In this document: piece after piece, positions 9,106 to 18,271 of the stretch
Layout: each line of letters starts with the position of its first letter
How positions within the stretch are numbered: the stretch's first letter is position 1
Origin: Armatimonadota bacterium
GTDB taxonomy: Bacteria > Armatimonadota > UBA5829 > DTLH01
Assembly (NCBI GenBank): GCA_039680575.1
Contig: JBDKSP010000043.1
Location: 1-33,088 of the forward strand
Length of the DNA stretch: 33,088 bases
Direction: 5' to 3'
Position numbers and translations under genes: made by a program
Notes under the pieces: generated by a model
The model's input: only the letters and a program-made list of their open reading frames with translations
The model's database searches: none
Told to the model about the DNA's origin: nothing

Positions 9106-10053
9106 TCACCTCCGCGTTTTTAATTGTTCCTCTAAATGGTGCTTTACGCCGTTGAAATCACTGTAGTTGCTGTAATCCACACCCCAAAATTCAAGAGGCA
9201 CAGGTATTTTTCCGCTGCCATGTGGGGTGTCGATTACATACGTGGGGCATGCAAGCCCGCTGAGGTTTTTTCTGAGTTCGGTCATTATCTTTCGTTCTGT
9301 TTCAAAATCTGTCCTGAAATGTCCTGCGCCTGCCACCGGATCGCATCTGTAGATATAATAGGGGCGTACACCTATCTCGACAAGTCTGGAGAATAGCTCA
9401 TAAAGTGTGGCGTAATCGTCGTTGACGCCCGCGAGGAAGACAGTCTGGCTGTATAATATCGCTCCTGCCTTTCTGAGCTTTCGAATAACATCGACCGTTG
9501 CTTTAGTCAGCTCGAATGGGTGCTCGAAATGTATGCCGACATATACAGGCTGCTCGATTGAACGGATGATATCCAGCTTTTCGTCCGTCACATATTCGGG
9601 AGCTGTAACAGGGACTCTTGTCCCGATTCTTAACAGTTTGATTGTCGGTACAGCGGCAATATGTTTCACTGCGCTGCTGAAGATTTCCGCAGGAGCAACA
9701 AGCGGATCACCTCCGGATAGAATCGCTTCTTCCACATCTGTATGTGCGCCCAGGTATTCAGTCCAGCGTAAGATGTCCTCTTCGCTCATCCTGCCGTTCT
9801 CGACATCTGAGACCTTCCTTCGCCTGGTACAAAACCGGCAATAAGCGGCGCACTCAGGTGTAAGAAGACATAACACCCGGTTGCGGTATTTATGTATCAG
9901 CCCGCGAACAACCTCATAATCGTCCTCAAGGAGCGGGTCCGGTTCCTCAAAGACAAGTATATCGGATTCCTGCTCTGTTCGGACAAACTGCTTTGCCACC
10001 GCGGGTTCGATGTCCACTATACGCTTTATGTGGTCCGATATTTTCTCAAGCAT
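9106..10053 (-). CDS. KamA-family radical SAM enzyme, lysine 2,3-aminomutase-like (short form)
   Basis: HKYRNRVL, CAAYCRFCTRRR, LSGGDPL, RIGTRVPV, QTVFLAGVND, PYYIYRCD, YVIDTPHGSGKIP (PLP lysine). Confidence 0.92.
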   Translation of the reverse strand: MLEKISDHIKRIVDIEPAVAKQFVRTEQESDILVFEEPDPLLEDDYEVVRGLIHKYRNRVLCLLTPECAAYCRFCTRRRKVSDVENGRMSEEDILRWTEYLGAHTDVEEAILSGGDPLVAPAEIFSSAVKHIAAVPTIKLLRIGTRVPVTAPEYVTDEKLDIIRSIEQPVYVGIHFEHPFELTKATVDVIRKLRKAGAILYSQTVFLAGVNDDYATLYELFSRLVEIGVRPYYIYRCDPVAGAGHFRTDFETERKIMTELRKNLSGLACPTYVIDTPHGSGKIPVPLEFWGVDYSNYSDFNGVKHHLEEQLKTRR

Positions 10054-11449
10054 TGTCTTCGACCATACAAGGGGACATTACGGCGTCTGCCATTCCATGT
10101 ATAAGTTTTTTATCAGATGGAACAACTGTAGCGAGCACGCCCGCAAGGTTTGTTCCATCCTCAATTACATAGTAATAAGGAGTAAGCCGAACACGTCCCT
10201 GCATATCCACTACGGCGTTTAGTTCCTTGCTGTAATAATTGACTAGAACTCTTTTCCCCTCGTGAAAATGCTGCAAAACGTAAGGGAGCTCATTGAAGCT
10301 GTCAAGCGCCCGGTCTACTGCTGCGCTCCATTCAGTTGAGGACATATCGTGGCCGACTGTGACTCCATGACCTCCCCATGCAAGCTCCGAAAAACCTGAT
10401 GGCTTTATGACCAGCCTGCGTTCCTTTTGAGTGCCTTCTTTTATGACCGGCCAGTCCTGTACCGGCTTGTCTCTGAACCGGAAACCGGCAACTATGGCAT
10501 GAGGTGGAACGGGTCGCGGATCGAGTATCCATGTTTCAGGTATCAGCTTCTTAAGCAGGATGCAATCATCGCTTCCAAGCACATCAGCCCAATATCTATC
10601 GAGCGCCGGATGATGCAGGAGAGCAAGAAGCATCTTCTCCTCAAGATGGTGTTTATACGGTGGAGTTACTATGACAAGCTTCTTTTTTGCGGCATAAGCC
10701 AGAAGCTCCGATTTGGGGATATTCCTAAGATCGAACAGCTCGAAAAACCTGTATATGATGTCGAGCCTGGTCCTCTTGCCGTTTTGTTCGATATACAGCC
10801 CGTCCTCGGTGAACATAACTTCTTCCGGACGGACAATCCACGTTCTGAGCCCAATTTCTCTCAATCCCGCTGAGAGCCATGACATCTCCGCCCTGTAAGA
10901 TGCCGATTCGTCGGAAACCATTATGGCAAGTGCGGGGTCATCCATCTCAGAAGCCGACTTGATCATCTGGGCGAAACCTGTAAGCATTCCTCTTGCGGAG
11001 CCGAGAATACCGAACCCATGCCGGGCATAAAGTATCGACATTGCATCGAGCTGACCCATCCCACCGGGAACAGAGTCGAGTTCCGTGATGCGGGGGCCTT
11101 CTTCGGTGAGAATAATGTCCGGTCTGATGATCCTTGGCAGCCTTCGCTTCTGATAGTTCATATGAGCATGTTCTATTATCGCTTCCGGCTTTCCCCGGTC
11201 CAGGTAATCATTCACCCAGGGATATAGGGATTTTAGGTAAAGGGTGTTAGCTGCGTTGTAGAATGACAAGAGCGCCGGACCAAGACGGTTGAATGTATCT
11301 ATAAGCTCGCCATCCAGGAGAAAAGGGGTAGGGGAGATACGCCAGACACGTTCCTGGCGTTCATCTTCGCGCGGAATGCTCCACACGCCGTTTTTCAAAA
11401 GCTCATCTGCTATATACTTACACAGGGAATGGTCCATATCGGTTTGCAC
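10046..11449 (-). CDS. Circularly permuted ATP-grasp / glutathionylspermidine synthetase-like amide ligase
   Basis: IRPDIIL..ITELDSVPGG, IYRFFE, EEKMLLALL, IPETW, VIKP..WGGHGVTVG, YVLQ; overlaps the kamA-like start by 8 nt. Confidence 0.72.
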   Translation of the reverse strand: MQTDMDHSLCKYIADELLKNGVWSIPREDERQERVWRISPTPFLLDGELIDTFNRLGPALLSFYNAANTLYLKSLYPWVNDYLDRGKPEAIIEHAHMNYQKRRLPRIIRPDIILTEEGPRITELDSVPGGMGQLDAMSILYARHGFGILGSARGMLTGFAQMIKSASEMDDPALAIMVSDESASYRAEMSWLSAGLREIGLRTWIVRPEEVMFTEDGLYIEQNGKRTRLDIIYRFFELFDLRNIPKSELLAYAAKKKLVIVTPPYKHHLEEKMLLALLHHPALDRYWADVLGSDDCILLKKLIPETWILDPRPVPPHAIVAGFRFRDKPVQDWPVIKEGTQKERRLVIKPSGFSELAWGGHGVTVGHDMSSTEWSAAVDRALDSFNELPYVLQHFHEGKRVLVNYYSKELNAVVDMQGRVRLTPYYYVIEDGTNLAGVLATVVPSDKKLIHGMADAVMSPCMVEDNA

Positions 11450-11525
11450 TGCTCTTATTGTCCCTCAGTCCGCAGTTCTTGACTGCAGTATTTGGCACTA
11501 AACTGATCAGTTACAGACACGTATA

Positions 11526-11561
11526 ATAAAAAGCAGTGCCGGTCTTATGTTCCGGCACTGC
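11526..11561 (-). terminator. Rho-independent terminator of the htrA operon
   Basis: GCAGTGCCGG/CCGGCACTGC 10-bp stem followed by a U tract on the minus strand, just after the stop at 11576. Confidence 0.8.
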
Positions 11562-11575
11562 GAATTATAGGACAC

Positions 11576-12460
11576 CTATTTGGTTTGTTTTGCTGGATGC
11601 GAAGCTGCCGGAGCTTTGGCAGGAGCCGAAGCAGGCTTCACGGAAGGTTTTGGTGCATCCACTGGAGCCTGTGCAGCTATCGGGACTATGTCTTCGGCAG
11701 GTATTATTACCGGGATAATCGGGCTCTCGCTCATCCCGCCGGACATAAGGCTTTCTTTACTTTGTCCCTGCATCACCCTAAGCAGCACGATACCCAAGAC
11801 TCTGCCGTCCATCGAGAAAACAGGTGAGCCGAGAACGCTGCTGCTGTTCGAATTTAACCTTATGGTATAGAACTTCCTCGGTTTCTCCACAGAAGCCTCT
11901 ATACGGCCGATGGAAGCCGATATAACCCGGTTGGCTACTTTTCCCAGCCTTGTTACCAAAACCGTCTGGTCGAGAACGTCGAGCTTGCAGTTGTTCTTGA
12001 TATCCAGATATGGCAGCGGTGCACTCGGTTTTTTGACAGGCCGGATGAACGCCAGGTCGAGATCCTTGTCTCTCAGGACAATCTTTCCAGGGAGTTCCGT
12101 GCCGTCCACAAGCCTGATTTTTACATCCGTGACTTCGGACTTGATCTGCATTTCTTCCGTATCGCCGTACACCGATTGTATGATATCGGCGGGATCTGTG
12201 GATGACATCGATATTACTGTTAAACCGGACGGGTCGACTACCGTGCCGGTAGCTTCAATCTTTTGCTCCTGGCTATCACCTGAACCCATATACGACATAG
12301 ATAGCTTGAGAACAATTTGCACCTTGACGATTGCTGGGCCGTAATTGGACGCTATTTCTCTTCCGGAAGTCGTGTCATCAGCGGTTGAAATCACAGCCGG
12401 CCCAAGAATAAGCGTTAATAACATAAACGCAAGGAGATATGCGCGATTACGTAATCTCAT
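11576..12460 (-). CDS. Secreted trypsin-like (S1C) fold protein lacking catalytic His and Ser, paralogue 2
   Basis: Signal peptide; GTVVDPSGLTV, RDKDLDLAFIR, LGSPVFSMDGRVLGI; no TNxHV or GNSGG; Pro/Ala/Lys-rich tail. Confidence 0.8.
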   Translation of the reverse strand: MRLRNRAYLLAFMLLTLILGPAVISTADDTTSGREIASNYGPAIVKVQIVLKLSMSYMGSGDSQEQKIEATGTVVDPSGLTVISMSSTDPADIIQSVYGDTEEMQIKSEVTDVKIRLVDGTELPGKIVLRDKDLDLAFIRPVKKPSAPLPYLDIKNNCKLDVLDQTVLVTRLGKVANRVISASIGRIEASVEKPRKFYTIRLNSNSSSVLGSPVFSMDGRVLGIVLLRVMQGQSKESLMSGGMSESPIIPVIIPAEDIVPIAAQAPVDAPKPSVKPASAPAKAPAASHPAKQTK

Positions 12461-12467
12461 CAAGATA

Positions 12468-13289
12468 TTATTCCTTTACCGCCGGAACGGCAGGTGCATT
12501 AGCATCCGTATTAGGAGCATCCTCCGGCGCCTGTGCGGCAACAGCTAGTATATCTTCCGCAGGCAGCACAATCGGCATGGAGCTATCTTCATAATAGCTA
12601 TAGCCGCTTCCCGGCATTTCCTTGGTCAACACTATGCCGATCAGTTTTCCATCCATAGTGAATACGGGTGAGCCGTATTGCGACCCCGTACCCACAAGGC
12701 TGACGGAGTAGACCTTCCTCGGCTTTTCCACTACAGCTTCAATCCGCTCGAAGGAAGCGGATATAGCTCTGTTGGCGACCTTTCCAAGACGAGAAACGAT
12801 AATTACCTGATCGAGTATATTGGCTTTTACGCTGTCTTTCAGGTCAATTGACTGAAAAGGCGTCGATGGCTTCTCAATGGGGCGAAGGAAAGCAAGATCA
12901 AGGTCTTTATCTCTTAATACGACCTTAGCGGGAATCTCTTTCCCCGATGGCAGAAGGATTTTAGCGCTCGTAATCTGCGAAGTCTCGTTGCCTTCTTCTT
13001 CGTCGTAGTAGCCTTCATATTCAATGTCGGACTTGGACACCAGAGTCAATCCTGATGGATCGATTACGGTCCCTACGACTTCCATTTTATACTCTCTATC
13101 TCTCGATTCCCCTCCGTAAGATGATGTCAGCTTGAGAACGATCTGAACTCTTACTACAGTATCACTCCACTTGTTGCAGATTGCTCTTCCGTTTGAAGCA
13201 TCGTCGGCGAAAGCAAAAGTCGCAAGCGCCGAAATACACGCCAGAATTGTAATACAGATTGTAATACGCCGGATTATCCAGCTATTCAT
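12468..13289 (-). CDS. Secreted trypsin-like (S1C) fold protein lacking catalytic His and Ser, paralogue 1
   Basis: Start MNSWII (ATG 13289, AGGAG RBS); GTVIDPSGLTL, RDKDLDLAFLR, YGSPVFTMDGKLIGI; clearly paralogous to the downstream gene. Confidence 0.8.
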   Translation of the reverse strand: MNSWIIRRITICITILACISALATFAFADDASNGRAICNKWSDTVVRVQIVLKLTSSYGGESRDREYKMEVVGTVIDPSGLTLVSKSDIEYEGYYDEEEGNETSQITSAKILLPSGKEIPAKVVLRDKDLDLAFLRPIEKPSTPFQSIDLKDSVKANILDQVIIVSRLGKVANRAISASFERIEAVVEKPRKVYSVSLVGTGSQYGSPVFTMDGKLIGIVLTKEMPGSGYSYYEDSSMPIVLPAEDILAVAAQAPEDAPNTDANAPAVPAVKE

Positions 13290-13311
13290 CGCAGTCTCCT
13301 TTTGTGATGTT

Positions 13312-15369
13312 TTACTTGCCATTGGTCCAGTCTGTTTCAAGCTCGACGAACAACTCATTTATACCTCTTCGGACCCGAAGCACGACATTCTTATCCTTCC
13401 GCTCGGCGATCAGTTCCATCTGCTTCTGAAGATCGTCCACGCTATTTACCTGGTTACCTTCTACTGTGCAAATGATATCGCCTACGGACAATCGTCCGAG
13501 TGCAGCCCATCCGCCCTGGCTGATCTCATCAACATAGACACCGATTACATCCTTCTCAAGATTCTGGCGGATACGGTCCTTTTGTGTTATGTCGCGGACT
13601 GTAAACTCGAAGTTATCGTCCCGGTATTTCTTCATCTCACGTGGAAGAGGAGGGGCTTCTTCGAGCAGTACAGTGACTTTCATTTCCTCTTTGCCGCGTA
13701 TTACTGTCAGGTCAGCGTTTGTTCCGACTTTATACTGGCGGATCATTGCAGGCAGGACTTCGGTATCCTCCGGCTGGCTTGCAGGGATCTCTTCACCGTC
13801 AAGTGCGACAATAAGGTCACCTATCTTGATCCCGGCCTTCGATGCCGACGAGTTCGGATATACCTGTGTGACTCTGACGCCCGTGCGTTCTCCTATACCA
13901 AGCGCTTCAGAGATGTCTTTTGTAATGACCTGCATACCGATAGGCAGATATGCCTTCCGTACCTCTTTACCCGGGTCCTCGATACTCTTGATCCCTACCT
14001 TGACGACAGTGACTAGCCGCTCGCCGTCCCTGTCGAAAGTTATCAGTACAGGTGTGGGTTCAGTCTTGTCTTTGGTGATTTCCGCCGTAATATCTGCCAG
14101 GTCCTGAATGTTCTTGACCGGCTTTCCGGCTACATCCACTATAATATCGTCTTCTTCGACAGAAGGCTTAGCTTCGCCGCATGGGCCGCCAGGACGAACA
14201 CTCCATACCAGCGCTCCATCCTGGTTCGCGCGCTTGCATTCACGAGCCTTCGCGAAAGTAATGTTGCTTACGCACATACCCCACTGTTTGAGCTCGCGTG
14301 GTCTCAGATATGATTCAGGACGGCACTTGGTGGTTACCTTCAGAGGGAGTTCCTTGCCATCTCTGAGGACAGTGATACCGGCTTCCTTGTCTACAGGCAA
14401 AGCAGCTATCATCTGGTTGAAAAGTGGTATTTCCTCTGCGAAAAGGACTCTGACGTCCTTACCGGCTAAACGAACGATAATATCGCCTGGTCTGATACCG
14501 GCTAAAGCAGCGGGTGATCCATCCACAACGCCGCCGACCAGCACGCCGGTTTTCTGATTAGATCCCTTGAGAAGCGGCTGGATATTGATGCCAAGCCATG
14601 AACGGTTTATCTTACCTGACTTGATAATCTCTTCCGCGACAGGCCGTGCGATAGCGCTTGGGATAGCTCCGGCCATGCTGCCCAGTCCGATCTCGTTTAT
14701 TCCAACAATCTCGCCTTTGCCATTGACCAGCGGGCCACCGGAATTGCCGGGCTGTATGGTAGCGTCATGGCCGATCCACCGCACCATCGAGCCGACATCT
14801 TCGCCATCCAGGGTCATACTGCCGAAGAAATCCGGCATGATCATCTCGGTATTGCTCACGATTCCCATGGTGACAGATTGAGAAAGCGCAAGGGGGCTTC
14901 CCATAGCGAAAATCCTGTCACCGACCCTAAGCTCTGTGGAATCTCCCCACTTCGCCACAGGGAATTTGCTGCGCGTGGATGTCTGGCGCAGTTTTATCAC
15001 GGCGATGTCGGTCAATGGATCGGTGCCGATCAGGTCTGCTTCGATTTCTTCTTTGTCGGACATCGTGCAGACGAGCCTTTTCGCCCATCCCGCCACATGG
15101 TGGTTGGTGACGATATAACCATCTTTGCTTATGATTGCGCCGCTGCCTACTGATTCGCTTTTGATCTCGCGTCCCTGATCATACTCGACATCAGCTACAT
15201 GGATGCGTACCAGCGCAGGTTTTACCGCATCAATTGCCGACTCGATCGACTTACGTTCTTCGCTTGACAGATCAGCGTAGCTGGCAGTAGAGACAGCGAA
15301 CGCTGAAAGCAGCAGTGTCAAAATCACTGCCGCCTTTCGAAAGATTGTACAGCCTGATTGTTGTACCAA
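13312..15369 (-). CDS. HtrA/DegP-family serine protease with four PDZ domains
   Basis: GSGAIISKDGYIVTNHHV, DPLTDIAVIK, IQPGNSGGPL triad; four PDZ-like repeats; TTG 15369 preceded by AGGAGG chosen as start. Confidence 0.92.
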   Translation of the reverse strand: MVQQSGCTIFRKAAVILTLLLSAFAVSTASYADLSSEERKSIESAIDAVKPALVRIHVADVEYDQGREIKSESVGSGAIISKDGYIVTNHHVAGWAKRLVCTMSDKEEIEADLIGTDPLTDIAVIKLRQTSTRSKFPVAKWGDSTELRVGDRIFAMGSPLALSQSVTMGIVSNTEMIMPDFFGSMTLDGEDVGSMVRWIGHDATIQPGNSGGPLVNGKGEIVGINEIGLGSMAGAIPSAIARPVAEEIIKSGKINRSWLGINIQPLLKGSNQKTGVLVGGVVDGSPAALAGIRPGDIIVRLAGKDVRVLFAEEIPLFNQMIAALPVDKEAGITVLRDGKELPLKVTTKCRPESYLRPRELKQWGMCVSNITFAKARECKRANQDGALVWSVRPGGPCGEAKPSVEEDDIIVDVAGKPVKNIQDLADITAEITKDKTEPTPVLITFDRDGERLVTVVKVGIKSIEDPGKEVRKAYLPIGMQVITKDISEALGIGERTGVRVTQVYPNSSASKAGIKIGDLIVALDGEEIPASQPEDTEVLPAMIRQYKVGTNADLTVIRGKEEMKVTVLLEEAPPLPREMKKYRDDNFEFTVRDITQKDRIRQNLEKDVIGVYVDEISQGGWAALGRLSVGDIICTVEGNQVNSVDDLQKQMELIAERKDKNVVLRVRRGINELFVELETDWTNGK

Positions 15370-15579
15370 GAATGACCCTCCTATAGAATATGGTGCGGAA
15401 TTACTTCCGCCAATCATGGATTAGTCACATACGATAACCCTTCCTCCTGAATAACACAGAGAGAGAAAATATTTTTGAGTTTGAACAGAGACTAATGATT
15501 GACTAGATGGTATTTATGGCTATATACTTCAGTGCAAAGGAGCTTTGCTCTTATTGTGTCATGGTGAGGAGGAACGGAA

Positions 15580-15954
15580 TTGGAGGGCATCCGACTGGAA
15601 ACGAACACCCGCGAAGTAGAAGATTACAAAGTACTCAATGTAACCGGCGAAATAGATGTTTACACAGCTCCGCAGTTCAAAGAAGCTGTGAATCAGATTA
15701 TCAATTCGGGGCAGAAAGACTTGATAGTCGATATGGGGCATGTCTCCTATATGGACTCCAGCGGGTTCGGCACTCTGCTTTCAGCGACTAAACGACTCAG
15801 ACCGGAGGGCGGCACTGTAAATCTTGTAGCCTGCAACAGCGCTATTGACAGAATGCTTCGAATTACCCGGCTGAATACGGTATTCGGAACGTTCAAGACA
15901 ATAAGCGATGCATTGCAGTCAATCAAAGCGGAATCACCCCAGGAACAGCCCTAA
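15580..15954 (+). CDS. STAS-domain anti-sigma factor antagonist (SpoIIAA/RsbV-like)
   Basis: VTGEIDVYTAPQFK, VSYMDSSGFG phosphoserine motif; GAGGAGG RBS before TTG. Confidence 0.92.
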   Translation: MEGIRLETNTREVEDYKVLNVTGEIDVYTAPQFKEAVNQIINSGQKDLIVDMGHVSYMDSSGFGTLLSATKRLRPEGGTVNLVACNSAIDRMLRITRLNTVFGTFKTISDALQSIKAESPQEQP

Positions 15955-15975
15955 AGGCATATTCCTTGACTGGTT

Positions 15976-16605
15976 TCAGTAATTACGGATCAACCCAACC
16001 AGCTTACCAATCACCTGGCAGCCTTCACGATCGACGATTATTGGCTGATACTTCGGGTTTGAAGCAATAAGTATCGCTTTTTCTTTTTCGAAACGGACTC
16101 TTTTGATGGTTGCCTGGTCGCCCAGGAGGACTGCGGCCAATTCACCATTGGCGATGCTTTTCTGCGGTCGGATTATGACGAGATCACCCGGCAGGATAGC
16201 GTCTCCTACCATGCTGTCGCCGGCGATTCTGAGCGCAAAAAGCCCATTTGAGTGCCTACTCATATCTTCAGGGATGAGCAGGTAGTCTTCTATATTTTCG
16301 ACCGCCAGAATGGGTGCTCCCGCGGCAATAGTCCCCAGAATCGGGATAGACTCGGCGCCTTTCTTTCTCATCGGTGTAGGAGCGAGTATCTGAATCCCGC
16401 GCGAGGCGTTCTCACGCTTAATCCAGCCCTTCCGCTCTAATGCGTCCAGGTGGATCGTGACCCCGCGCAGGCTGGATATGTGGAGGGCTGCGCCGATTTC
16501 TCTAATAGATGGAGGAAAACCCCGGTCCGCTATGTAATTGATGATAAAATTAAGCACTTCCCGCTGTCTCGCGGTCAGCTTAACCGGTTTTGTCTCATTA
16601 ACCAT
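15976..16605 (-). CDS. lexA: SOS repressor LexA
   Basis: LTARQREVL..GFPPSIREI wHTH, IAAG cleavage site, GDSM catalytic Ser, TIKR catalytic Lys. Confidence 0.96.
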   Translation of the reverse strand: MVNETKPVKLTARQREVLNFIINYIADRGFPPSIREIGAALHISSLRGVTIHLDALERKGWIKRENASRGIQILAPTPMRKKGAESIPILGTIAAGAPILAVENIEDYLLIPEDMSRHSNGLFALRIAGDSMVGDAILPGDLVIIRPQKSIANGELAAVLLGDQATIKRVRFEKEKAILIASNPKYQPIIVDREGCQVIGKLVGLIRNY

Positions 16606-16614
16606 TTCATTTTG

Positions 16615-16644
16615 ATTATATACTAGACATCAGTCTACCGTCAA
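16615..16644 (-). promoter_or_regulatory. lexA promoter with a palindromic operator (TAGAC-N4-GTCTA, 16624-16637) in the spacer
   Basis: Minus strand reads TTGACG-gTAGACtgatGTCTAgta-TATAAT-caaaatgaa-ATG; 18-nt spacer. Confidence 0.75.
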
Positions 16645-17034
16645 ACAGCCCCAACAATCAAGAAGCTCTATGAGTGGTATGCAAGTGGAAGCTACTCCCT
16701 CAAAGCTATAACGGATAAGGCTCATGAGGAAGGGCTTTCGTTCCGCAAGTCTGGGGCAAAGGTTCCAAAGAGCCATATCCACCAGATACTCACCAACCGT
16801 ATCTACTATGGAGATTTCGACTGGGACGGGCAAACTTATTGCGGAATCCATGAACCTCTGGTATCGCGGGAACTGTGGAAGAAGGTGCAAGACGTGTTAT
16901 CCGACAACGGGAATCATCGAGCGCGGCAACAGAAGCATGAATGGGCTTTTCAGGGGCTGGTCTTTTGTGGTCATTGTGGGTGTGCGCTGACGGCTGAGCT
17001 GTATTGCAGATGTTACCATAGCACTTCGTTGTAG
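16642..17034 (+). pseudogene. Internal fragment of a large serine recombinase (recombinase domain plus start of zinc ribbon)
   Basis: Frame absent from the ORF track: TAPTIKKLYEWYASGSYSLKAI..HQILTNRIYYG..GIHEPLVSRELWKKVQ..FQGLVFCGHCGCALT; no start codon, no catalytic domain, truncated after the first CxxC. Confidence 0.85.
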
Positions 17035-17603
17035 TTCTATCCCTATTGTCTTCGTTGTACTGATTCAGAAGCTGAGTGAAGTAAACTTGGGCTCTCTGTT
17101 TCCAATTGCGACATTGGCTTCAGTTTGGGTAATAGAGTAGTCGGTAATCTAGTTATACTGCCTGCAGGACAAGTATTTATCTTGACATCTCCTGCAGGAA
17201 ACTTTTCTTGTTTCGTTGAAATAAACTTTATGCAGGTTTGATTCTTAACATTCTGGCTTAAGCTAAATGAGCACTGCCTAACATGCAAAATTTCGCCCAT
17301 GAATTGACACACCACTCCGCATGTGATTCTGGACTCATGCATAGTGTCTTGCACGCCATTGCAATCGGTAGGCAGGTGGTTCGACTACGATAAGGCTAAG
17401 TTTGAAAAAAGAACATGTTTGTTTTTCCAGTATGATGATAGGCACACATATAGATGGCAAATGATGGATAAGTGTTGGCTTAATAATGGTGTCCACACAT
17501 ATGGATAGTTACTATTGGACTAACAGATAAAAGTGGTTGGGATTCAAATTAATGACCATATACCTTCTGCAAGACCTGGGCTGACCTATGTTATGAGATT
17601 GCT

Positions 17604-18269
17604 GTGAATAGAAAATCTCCAACATCAATGGCTTCAACCGGCTTCAAAGCCCCAGCCGTTGCTCTTGAGCTGAAAGACATCTCAAAGAGCTTCGGCGCGC
17701 GCGATGTGCTGTCTAAAATCAACCTGTCCATCGACTCCGGCTGCCTTGTCATCACCGGACGGAACGGTTCGGGTAAATCTACGCTTCTGAAGATCATAGC
17801 GAGGCTCATTCAGCCGACTGAGGGCGAGGTTGTCTTTACTTTGGATGGGAATATACTGCCGTCCGATATGAGAAGAGACCTGGTAGGGATGGTTGCGCCG
17901 GATCTTTCACTCTACGATGAGCTCTCAGCCATCGAAAACCTGAAATTCTTTGCCGAGGTCCGGGGTATTTACCGCTCTGATGATGAACCCAAGTCACTCC
18001 TAGATTCTCTGGGGCTTCAGACACGTGAGAACGATCTCGTCGGTGCGTATTCCTCCGGCATGAAGCAGCGCATCAAGTACGCTTTCGCCGTAATGCATAA
18101 TCCGCCGGTGCTTCTCCTTGATGAACCGTCCGCCAACCTCGACGAGGGCGGTATAGAGATAGTGGATGGGATAATCAAGAAGTGGCGGGAGAGGGGAATT
18201 GTAGTTCTCGCGACCAACGAGAAGTCCGAACTCGGCTATGGCGATAAAATACTGGAGTTGGGGGCGTAG
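17604..18269 (+). CDS. ccmA: Heme exporter ATP-binding protein CcmA
   Basis: GRNGSGKST, YSSGMKQR, LLLDEP; first gene of the ccm operon (start may be ATG 17628). Confidence 0.9.
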   Translation: MNRKSPTSMASTGFKAPAVALELKDISKSFGARDVLSKINLSIDSGCLVITGRNGSGKSTLLKIIARLIQPTEGEVVFTLDGNILPSDMRRDLVGMVAPDLSLYDELSAIENLKFFAEVRGIYRSDDEPKSLLDSLGLQTRENDLVGAYSSGMKQRIKYAFAVMHNPPVLLLDEPSANLDEGGIEIVDGIIKKWRERGIVVLATNEKSELGYGDKILELGA

Positions 18270-18271
18270 AG

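Noticed and set aside
13171..14881. Long plus-strand ORFs (281, 172, 149 and 104 aa)
   Set aside because: Antisense shadows of htrA with no motifs; the same applies to the other short overlapping ORFs in the track
16630..16990. Track ORFs 16630-16890 (-) and 16724-16990 (+)
   Set aside because: Wrong frames; the real signal is the recombinase fragment in another plus-strand frame
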